From a virus: a stretch of 64,000 nucleotides of DNA. The notes beneath the pieces are model-generated. The model was not told the DNA's origin. It ran no database searches and was given only the letters and a program-made list of their open reading frames with translations. The stretch's first letter is position 1. Every line of letters starts with the position of its first letter. The stretch covers positions 1 through 64,000 of IMG/VR virus record IMGVR_UViG_3300028392_000053; one strand, 5' to 3'. Made by a program: the position numbers and the translations under genes. Positions 6,194 to 13,790 of the stretch are shown here, in pieces.

Positions 6194-6314
6194 AGGTTAA
6201 GTTCCGCAAAACAAATTAATGCAAATGGAAACTGAAAGGCCGGTTCGATTCCGGGTTCCCTTAGAGGATAAAGTGTAATGGTTGCACATCGGATGCTAAA
6301 AGTTTAACCTGTTG
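6194..6314 (+). ncRNA. YrlA-like Y RNA (family A)
   Basis: AGGTTAA/TTAACCT stem, GTTCCGCAA, T-arm CCGG-TTCGATT-CCGG then D-arm GTGTAATGGTTGCAC. Confidence 0.8.
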
Positions 6315-6332
6315 ATTGAAAAGGAGTTCATT

Positions 6333-7754
6333 ATGTCAACATTTGTCGAAGCCGTTATGAATCAAGAAGCCCGTACCGAAAACGGTATGAAGGCTCGCAA
6401 GTCTACCGCCAATGCGGTGGTTGATTTGTTTTACAATGCGGGTGCATCCCGTGGAAAAGATATTAAGCCTGCATTTGCGGCTGCCTTGGCAGAGAACCGT
6501 GAATTGGCTCTCCGTGTTGCCGCATGGCTACGTGATGCACGTGGTGGTGCTGGTGAACGTCAACTGTTCCGTGATATCCTAGTGTATCTGGAAAAGACTG
6601 ATACGGAAGCCGCTAAGGCTCTGTTGGCTAAGGTGCCTGAATTGGGACGTTGGGATGACTTGTTCATCTTCAAGACCAAGGTTTTGAAAGAAGCCGCATA
6701 TACCTTGCTTGGCAACGCTTTGCGTGAAAAGAATGGTTTGGCGGCTAAGTGGTCTCCTCGCCAAGGTCCAATTGCGGCAGAAATCCGTACATTCTTCGGA
6801 ATGTCACCAAAGTTCTACCGCAAGTCTTTGGTTGAAATGACCAAGGTTGTTGAAACAAATATGTGTGCAAAGGACTGGGATTCCATTAACTTTTCACATG
6901 TTCCTTCCGTAGCGGCTGCCCGTTACAAGAAGGCCTTTAATCGTAACACCCAAACATATGCAACTTATGTTGCGGCTTTGGTAAAGGGTGACAACCCTGA
7001 AGTTAAGGTTAACGCATCTGTGGCATTCCCATATGATGTGCTGAAGGGTCGTATCTCCAACTATGGAGTTTCATTCAACAAGACCGAATTGGACTTGATT
7101 GAAGCACAATGGAATGCATTGCCTAACTATGTTGGGGATGCTAACATTCTGCCTCTAGTTGACGTATCTGGTTCTATGACCTGCACCGCAGGCAAGACCG
7201 GTAAGTTGACCTGTTTGGAAGTTGCAGTCTCTTTGGGATTGTACCTTGCTGACAAGAACAAGGGTGCGTTCAAGGACACATTCTTGACCTTCTCTGGCAA
7301 GCCAGAATTGATGCACCTAAAAGGTGGTATCAACTCTAAGATTGACCAAATGGTTAAGTCCAACTGGGATATGAACACTGACCTGAACAAGGCCTTTGCG
7401 AAAATCCTAGACGTTGCTGTAAAAGGTAACGTAGCACAAGAAGATATGCCAGGAATGGTGTTGATTCTGTCTGACATGCAATTTGACGCTTGCGTTAAGC
7501 ATGATGACTCTGCAATCGAAATGATTGCACGTAAGTACGAAGCCGCAGGATACACTTTACCAAAGGTTGTATTCTGGAACTTGAACGCCTCATATGGTAA
7601 CTCACCTGTGAAGTTTGACAAGTCTGGTACTGCACTGGTGTCTGGTTTCTCTCCAGCCGTGGTTAAGCCACTCCTTGCTGGTGACCTAGAAACCTTCACA
7701 CCAGAATCTGTGATGCTTAAGACCATCATGGATGACCGTTACAAAGTGCTGTAA
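6333..7754 (+). CDS. DUF2828-type helical + vWA protein, Ro60/TROVE-like putative RNA-binding protein
   Basis: RTENG, LRDARGGAGER, GRWDDL, LAAKW, MIDAS DVSGS, ILSDMQFD, VFWNL, LVSGFS; RBS AAGGAG before ATG 6333. Confidence 0.8.
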   Translation: MSTFVEAVMNQEARTENGMKARKSTANAVVDLFYNAGASRGKDIKPAFAAALAENRELALRVAAWLRDARGGAGERQLFRDILVYLEKTDTEAAKALLAKVPELGRWDDLFIFKTKVLKEAAYTLLGNALREKNGLAAKWSPRQGPIAAEIRTFFGMSPKFYRKSLVEMTKVVETNMCAKDWDSINFSHVPSVAAARYKKAFNRNTQTYATYVAALVKGDNPEVKVNASVAFPYDVLKGRISNYGVSFNKTELDLIEAQWNALPNYVGDANILPLVDVSGSMTCTAGKTGKLTCLEVAVSLGLYLADKNKGAFKDTFLTFSGKPELMHLKGGINSKIDQMVKSNWDMNTDLNKAFAKILDVAVKGNVAQEDMPGMVLILSDMQFDACVKHDDSAIEMIARKYEAAGYTLPKVVFWNLNASYGNSPVKFDKSGTALVSGFSPAVVKPLLAGDLETFTPESVMLKTIMDDRYKVL

Positions 7755-7774
7755 CGCAGTGGGCACCGAAAGGT

Positions 7775-7860
7775 GTCCATTTTGAAATACATTACTGAAG
7801 TTGGTTCAGTCAGACAGGGATATCCAATTGCCTATGTCGTTAGTGTGTTTCAAAATGGAC
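7775..7860 (+). ncRNA. structured ncRNA closed by 20-bp stem (family B)
   Basis: GTCCATTTTGAAATACATTA pairs with TAGTGTGTTTCAAAATGGAC. Confidence 0.62.
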
Positions 7861-7862
7861 AT

Positions 7863-7940
7863 GCGGATGTAGCCGAATTTGGTATAGGCAATGGACTTAA
7901 AATCCATAATCTGAGGGTTCGAGTCCCTCTATCCGCACCA
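7863..7940 (+). tRNA. trnL: tRNA-Leu(TAA), short variable loop
   Basis: Cloverleaf, loop CTTAAAA, CCA. Confidence 0.9.
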
Positions 7941-7943
7941 AAT

Positions 7944-8018
7944 GCTCCGATAGCTTAATGGTAAAGCAGTGAACTCATAATTCATTGAGTCTAGGTTCAA
8001 TTCCTAGTCGGAGCACCA
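7944..8018 (+). tRNA. tRNA(CAT), Met or Ile2
   Basis: Cloverleaf, loop CTCATAA, CCA; third CAT tRNA in the array. Confidence 0.85.
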
Positions 8019-8039
8019 ATGTTTTGGATATATAAGGCC

Positions 8040-8474
8040 ATGAAAAAGCTAATTCCTATTCAATCTCTGGACCATCCACTTGCAGGTCACCTAAAAGACG
8101 ATCCAATTCGTCCAGAAATTCCTCATGAAATGAGAGTTGGTATTAACTGTGAGGTACTAGCACTCCAGTTAGAAGAAATTTTAGGTGCAATGGTATGCGT
8201 CAAATACCATGATTCAATTCCATCAAGCGTAGATGAATTGCTAGAGACCGCAAAGAATCCTTCAGTTGCTGTATTTTACACAATATGGAGTTATGCCGCA
8301 GGCGCAGGCAGAGATTTACTCCTTGAAGCCAGAAAATACATTGAGGGTAATAATCCAAACATAAAAGAGTTTGTGACTTATAGCCCAAAAACTGAAATGG
8401 CCAAACGTTTTCATTTAAAAAACGGTGCGTCCATTTACAGAGAAAATCTCGATTCAGTAAACTACAAATATTGA
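8040..8474 (+). CDS. hypothetical protein (possible GNAT-like fold)
   Basis: FYTIWSY..GAGR.LL and A.RFH.KNGA motifs. Confidence 0.6.
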   Translation: MKKLIPIQSLDHPLAGHLKDDPIRPEIPHEMRVGINCEVLALQLEEILGAMVCVKYHDSIPSSVDELLETAKNPSVAVFYTIWSYAAGAGRDLLLEARKYIEGNNPNIKEFVTYSPKTEMAKRFHLKNGASIYRENLDSVNYKY

Positions 8475-8553
8475 TTCCCACTTTGCCGGTTTGATAAATA
8501 GTTGTGTTGGTGTGAAACCAACCACAATTTTGTCAACACCCTAAAGGAAAAAA

Positions 8554-9684
8554 ATGTTCAAAAAGATGCCTTTTATGGTACTTTTTGTCATGTCTACATC
8601 AATTTCCGTTGCTCAGACAACGTATGATTCGAAAACTCTGGTAGATACAAACAGTACCTCTACCAGCACAAGTACCGTTAATACCAATAACGTAAACTCT
8701 GGAACAATTACAAACATCAATAATACTGATGTTAAAAGTATTTCCACGAACAACAATAACAACGTTAACGCAAGTACGTCTACCAGTGTAAACACGAATA
8801 ACAACGTAAACTCTGGCTCTATGACCTACACGAATAACAACGTAAACTCTGGTACGTTGACCAACAATAACAATAACGTCAACGCCAGCACAAACACAAA
8901 CATCAATAGTGGAACAATGACATACAACAATGTCAACTCTGGTTCCATGACAAACACCAATAATAACTCAAACGTTAGTACAAACACTAACAATAACGTT
9001 AACACTGGTGATATGACTAATCGAAACATCAACACATCCACTGCGGCTTCAACCTCAACAAACGTAAACACGAACAACAACATAAACTCCGGTACAATGA
9101 CAAACAACAATGTCAATACTGGTGATATGACTAATCGTAACATCAATACGTCTACAGCCGCTACGGATAACAAAAATACAAACGTCAACACCTCAACTAA
9201 CGTTAATCAAAATGTACAGACTGGTGATATGACTAATCGTAACATCAATGAAACAACCATTACACAAAAAGTAATACAACCTCCACCAACAGCAGTTGCT
9301 CCAACAATGATGAGTGGTGGTAATGCAGATTTATGTTCTACTGGTACATCAGGTTCCGTGCAAACACAAATCTTCGGCGTTTCTTCTGGTGGCACTGTTA
9401 GAGATATGAATTGTGAACGTTTAAAATTGTCTAAGACTCTTTACGATATGGGAATGAAAGTGGCTGCCGTTGCAACCATGTGTCAAGACCGTAGGGTATT
9501 TGATGCTATGTTGGCTGCCGGCACACCATGTCCTTATGAAGGCAAAATTGGTGAACAAGCTAAACAACTATGGGAAGATAATCCCGGAAAGCTACCAGTA
9601 ATGGAAGAGGTTAAATCTGATGACACGTATAAGAAAATTGGCATTGGTGCTTTGCTCGGCGCTATTGTCTTTAAACTATTCTAA
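8554..9684 (+). CDS. secreted Asn/Thr-repeat protein with Cys-containing C-terminal domain and membrane anchor
   Basis: Signal peptide, NNNVNSG/TGDMTNRNIN repeats, C-terminal hydrophobic segment. Confidence 0.8.
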   Translation: MFKKMPFMVLFVMSTSISVAQTTYDSKTLVDTNSTSTSTSTVNTNNVNSGTITNINNTDVKSISTNNNNNVNASTSTSVNTNNNVNSGSMTYTNNNVNSGTLTNNNNNVNASTNTNINSGTMTYNNVNSGSMTNTNNNSNVSTNTNNNVNTGDMTNRNINTSTAASTSTNVNTNNNINSGTMTNNNVNTGDMTNRNINTSTAATDNKNTNVNTSTNVNQNVQTGDMTNRNINETTITQKVIQPPPTAVAPTMMSGGNADLCSTGTSGSVQTQIFGVSSGGTVRDMNCERLKLSKTLYDMGMKVAAVATMCQDRRVFDAMLAAGTPCPYEGKIGEQAKQLWEDNPGKLPVMEEVKSDDTYKKIGIGALLGAIVFKLF

Positions 9685-11359
9685 TGCTCAAGAGATTTCA
9701 ACCACAGGCAATTTAATTGATAATCGTGGTTGGACTAACATAAAGTATACCGATAACAATGGTGTAAGTCAATGTTGTTCGGGTGGTCCTGGTCCAGCAA
9801 TGAATCAGGATACCAATACTATTCGTTTTTCTTATGGAATGTCTACGACCTCCCAAATTATTGGCATCAACACTGCACTTCAAAATGCTGGTGTAAATGT
9901 GCAGATTAAAGGATACAACTATTCTTGGTTGTATCAAAATGATGGTTCAACCTCGGGTACATTGAATGCTTCTATTGCTTTAGGTGGTACAAACGGTTCT
10001 ATGCTGGAGGTGCATAATTACACGATGGGCCCCACAAACGGAAATCTTCAATTATTTCAAGGCAAACAAACTTTTAATTCACCATATGATTTAAACACAG
10101 CAAGTTGGCTGGGTGTTGCATTTACAGGTAAAGATAGTCGTTATTGGGCTGGTTATTATGGACCAAGAGTTAGAGACATTTCTCTATCATTAGATTATTC
10201 TGCGGCCGTTGCACCACCAACTCCGGACCCAAAACCAGTAACACCATCGATACCAAATTCGGGTCAAACAAACGTAGTATTACCTCCATCAGTATCAAAA
10301 ACAGTTGCTGGTGCCGCTAGTGCAGACCCTTCTTCTTCACCTGTGACTAATGTGAATGTTGGTGGTGTTGAATTATCTACGACAGGTTCAATTTCGGCAC
10401 CGGATGGAGTTCCTCAAACTGTAAAAGATGCAGTTGCAATGACACCACAAGGTACACAACAGAATGATAAACCTGCTCAGGGGCAAGAATCACCTATCGC
10501 TTCTAGTGCTGGTCCTGGTGGTGGCCAAGGAGGTGGACCCGATAAAGTGGAATCAAAACCTGGTGCACCTATGTCATTGGTTATGAGTACAATCAGTAAG
10601 ATACAAGAAAACGATAGAGCAACACAAAAGGCTGCTGTTCAGAATGCGGCTCAACAAGTTTCATTGAGTGTTTCTAAGTCTCAAGAACAGGCAATGTCGG
10701 TTGTTAGTTCATTAAATTCTATGTCACTGGCCAGTTCTCAAGCATCGTTGCAAACTACATTGAACGTACAATCAAGCCAAACAGGTCAAGCATTAAACTT
10801 ACCAGGAGTACAAACACCAATACAAACAAGTTCACAATCAAACTCACAAGGAACACAAGGAACCTCATTTGGTTTGCCGCAAGCAAAAATGCCTTTACAG
10901 TCATATTCTCTGTTTTCAGTTAATACAAGTTTAAATTATAGTTTGAATGCCCCTACTTTTGTACAATCACAACAACAAACCTATGTTCCACAAAACACGA
11001 ATGTTCAAGTAGAAATGCCTTCTATTTTGGTCAATACGATTACAACAAGAAGTAATCCATTGGCTGAATTAATGGAAAGCAAAACACCACTTGACAGTTT
11101 AAGAGTTGAAACCTCAACAGAAACAGTGAATAAAAATGTACAATCAAATGAATTGGCAGGCGGTGTTGATATTGCAATGATGGCTTTACAACCAAAAGGT
11201 TATGAATCCTATTCGTTTGTTATGAAAGATGTGTCATTCTATGAGCCAAAAGAAATTTACAACAAGCAAAATAATGTGGATAACATTAAGGCCTTGCGCC
11301 AGTTATCAAGCGATAAACTACACCAAGAAATGGTGAATCAACAATACAAAGGAAAATAA
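9620..11359 (+). CDS. secreted low-complexity protein
   Basis: Signal peptide, beta-rich N-domain, Q/S/P-rich linker. Confidence 0.75.
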   Translation: MTRIRKLALVLCSALLSLNYSNAQEISTTGNLIDNRGWTNIKYTDNNGVSQCCSGGPGPAMNQDTNTIRFSYGMSTTSQIIGINTALQNAGVNVQIKGYNYSWLYQNDGSTSGTLNASIALGGTNGSMLEVHNYTMGPTNGNLQLFQGKQTFNSPYDLNTASWLGVAFTGKDSRYWAGYYGPRVRDISLSLDYSAAVAPPTPDPKPVTPSIPNSGQTNVVLPPSVSKTVAGAASADPSSSPVTNVNVGGVELSTTGSISAPDGVPQTVKDAVAMTPQGTQQNDKPAQGQESPIASSAGPGGGQGGGPDKVESKPGAPMSLVMSTISKIQENDRATQKAAVQNAAQQVSLSVSKSQEQAMSVVSSLNSMSLASSQASLQTTLNVQSSQTGQALNLPGVQTPIQTSSQSNSQGTQGTSFGLPQAKMPLQSYSLFSVNTSLNYSLNAPTFVQSQQQTYVPQNTNVQVEMPSILVNTITTRSNPLAELMESKTPLDSLRVETSTETVNKNVQSNELAGGVDIAMMALQPKGYESYSFVMKDVSFYEPKEIYNKQNNVDNIKALRQLSSDKLHQEMVNQQYKGK

Positions 11360-11360
11360 A

Positions 11361-12002
11361 ATGGCAGAAGAAATCAAAGACGTTAATGCTAAGATTGACA
11401 AAGCGGAAGAAGCGGTAAAAAAGTATGCAAGTAAAGATACAGTCATCAGTATTGGTGGGTATGAATTTACTCCAGCCAAATTGATGGTTGCTTTTACAAT
11501 TGTGTCCAGTTTGCTAGGTGGTCTATATGGCTCATTTGAGGTTTATAAAGATTATGTTGGCATGAAGAAAAAAATTGCCGAATATTCAGCACCAGACCTA
11601 ACGGAGTTTGATAAGCGTATATCTATACTCGATGAAAAAATTAAAAAGGCCGAAGATTCAGTCACTGAAGCAAATGGATACACACGTGATATTAAAAATG
11701 ATTTAAAAAGTGATCTACGTAGAAACGAATCGGTTACTGAGCAAGTTGAACGTTTTGTTAAAGCGGCTCAGCGTGATTCCGAAGGTGAAATGCGTGAAAT
11801 GCGTAAAGGTGTTAGAGAAGATTTGGATAAAGCCCGTGCCGAAGCTAATGCTGTAAGAACCGAAATGGCCCTAGCACGCAGAGAAATTAACTCAGAAACA
11901 CAAGCATTAAAGAAAGAAGTTACTAAAGATGTTGAAGTGTTAAAGAAAGAAATTGACGCTAAAATTCAAAAAGCGATAGACAATCCTTTATCAAACAAAT
12001 AA
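11361..12002 (+). CDS. membrane-anchored coiled-coil protein
   Basis: One TM segment then long heptad region. Confidence 0.75.
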   Translation: MAEEIKDVNAKIDKAEEAVKKYASKDTVISIGGYEFTPAKLMVAFTIVSSLLGGLYGSFEVYKDYVGMKKKIAEYSAPDLTEFDKRISILDEKIKKAEDSVTEANGYTRDIKNDLKSDLRRNESVTEQVERFVKAAQRDSEGEMREMRKGVREDLDKARAEANAVRTEMALARREINSETQALKKEVTKDVEVLKKEIDAKIQKAIDNPLSNK

Positions 12003-12003
12003 A

Positions 12004-12210
12004 ATGAGTTTTAAAATTCTGCCGGTCTTGTTATTGCTGACTGTACTGGCTGGTTCGGCAGAACAAACAATTGATAAAGATGCACCGTGGATTTGTGTTC
12101 GATGGCAATGGACCGGAGATGTTTATAACAGAACCGTTTATTGTTTAGAATGGAAGAAGAAAGATTGTTCTAATAGACTATACAAAGATATATGTAAACT
12201 TGGTGTGTGA
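12004..12210 (+). CDS. small secreted Cys-containing protein
   Basis: Signal peptide, 4 Cys. Confidence 0.6.
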   Translation: MSFKILPVLLLLTVLAGSAEQTIDKDAPWICVRWQWTGDVYNRTVYCLEWKKKDCSNRLYKDICKLGV

Positions 12211-12216
12211 TAAATT

Positions 12217-12831
12217 ATGGATCCAATTACTATTGGCCTGGCTTTTGCGGCCGCACAAAGCGCCGTAGGCCATATTAAACAGGCGATAGCCTTAGGAAAA
12301 GACGTTCATGGTCTTGTGGGTCAATTCAGCAAATTTTTCGATTCTGCCGATAGCATACATCGGGCCCGCATACAAGTTAAAGCTAAATCCTTACATCTTG
12401 GAAAATCTGATGCGGAACTAGGGCGCGAAGCCTTAGAGATTGCAATGCATAGTGATGCTCTGCGTCAAGCTGAACGTGAATTAAAAGATACTATTATTTG
12501 GACTTTAGGTAAGCCTGAATTATGGGAACATATGATTAAGGAGCGCACTAGACTATTTAAAGAGCGTGCCGAGGCTGAAAGAAAATCCAAAGAAGCAGAA
12601 CTGGCACATAAGAAAAAAATAGCCGAGCAATTTTTGTTTGGCATGTATTTTATAGGTTTTGCGATTGCATTATTTTGTATGACAATGGTGGGTATTGGCA
12701 TATATGGTGCTGTAGAAGATCAACGCATCTATCAAGAAAAATTAACAAAAGCCGCAAATGTAAGGTTTCAGCAACAACGTGCAAGAGAATTGGAAGAAAA
12801 AAAACAATTAGCTGATTATGCTAAAAACTAA
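12217..12831 (+). CDS. membrane protein
   Basis: MDPIT start, C-terminal TM helix. Confidence 0.7.
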   Translation: MDPITIGLAFAAAQSAVGHIKQAIALGKDVHGLVGQFSKFFDSADSIHRARIQVKAKSLHLGKSDAELGREALEIAMHSDALRQAERELKDTIIWTLGKPELWEHMIKERTRLFKERAEAERKSKEAELAHKKKIAEQFLFGMYFIGFAIALFCMTMVGIGIYGAVEDQRIYQEKLTKAANVRFQQQRARELEEKKQLADYAKN

Positions 12832-12912
12832 TTAATAATTATACCAATTTATATCTTGCCTGCAATCGGGTTATGTGTTACCATATCACTATATAATTCT
12901 TTGAGCATTTAA

Positions 12913-13482
12913 ATGACACCTTCATTGATGATTTTCGACAACTTCTACTCTAATGCCATGGGTGTTAGAGACTTTGCACTATCTTTACCGTTCAATGTTA
13001 CTGGTAACTATCCAGGTGCTAGAACTAATATCATGCAAGGTGAACAGAACACAAATGCCAAATCTATGTTTGAGGACATACTTCAAAAGAAAATTATTTG
13101 GTGGCCACAAGAATACAATACCGCTTTTCAATACACAACCGCACAAGATAAAACATGGATACACTATGATCCAACAAACTGGGCGGCCGTACTCTATCTA
13201 ACACCAGATGCCCCACTGGAAGCTGGAACTGCTATTTACCAAAATAAAGAATCAAAAATCTTCATGTTGGATCGAAACGATCCGAAAACTGATTATAATT
13301 CATCTTCCAACGACCTAAATGATGTTGATAGATGGGAACCAATTGTTCAAGTTTCCAACATATTTAATCGTTTGGTTATTTACCGAGGTGAATATTACCA
13401 CAGAAGTATGTTGCCAGGCTTTGGCGATTCGAAGTATAATGGACGATTGTTCCAAACATTCTTTTTTAACACAGAGGTATAA
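12913..13482 (+). CDS. 2OG-Fe(II) oxygenase-like protein (DUF6445-like)
   Basis: WIHYD, AAVLYLTP, YHRS, RLFQTFFF. Confidence 0.75.
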   Translation: MTPSLMIFDNFYSNAMGVRDFALSLPFNVTGNYPGARTNIMQGEQNTNAKSMFEDILQKKIIWWPQEYNTAFQYTTAQDKTWIHYDPTNWAAVLYLTPDAPLEAGTAIYQNKESKIFMLDRNDPKTDYNSSSNDLNDVDRWEPIVQVSNIFNRLVIYRGEYYHRSMLPGFGDSKYNGRLFQTFFFNTEV

Positions 13483-13484
13483 TT

Positions 13485-13790
13485 ATGAGTATTAAAGGTT
13501 TCAAACTTGTTACAGGTGAAGAAGTCATTTCAGAAACAACTATCAGTCAAGATGGTCGAGCATTGCTTAAAAATCCAATGCAACTTAGAGTTGTTCCTCC
13601 AAAAATTAATGGTGCACCACCTTCTATGGGTTTTGTGCCATTTCCAGCATTTGCAGATCAATCAAAAGAAGTTTCAATTATGATTGAACCGTTACATATC
13701 GCATACACATATGAACCAGACCAAAATATCATTGAAAACTACAATGCAATGATGTCCGGTAGTTCTTCAAATCAACTAATCACAGGTTAA
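13485..13790 (+). CDS. small T4-like conserved protein (Sm-like fold)
   Basis: KLVTGEEVI motif, position directly upstream of gp43. Confidence 0.65.
   Translation: MSIKGFKLVTGEEVISETTISQDGRALLKNPMQLRVVPPKINGAPPSMGFVPFPAFADQSKEVSIMIEPLHIAYTYEPDQNIIENYNAMMSGSSSNQLITG

Noticed and set aside
1094-6314. Family A repeats as a CRISPR array
   Set aside because: Copies are dispersed, vary by compensatory changes, enclose their inserts rather than alternating with spacers, and no cas genes are present.
7761-7778. Hairpin GGGCACC-GAAA-GGTGTCC as an intrinsic terminator
   Set aside because: The U-tract is weak and overlaps the family B stem, and tRNAs follow without an obvious new promoter; left uncalled.
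7127-9395. Long minus-strand ORFs opposite the DUF2828 and Asn-rich genes
   Set aside because: Antisense shadows caused by codon bias and low complexity.
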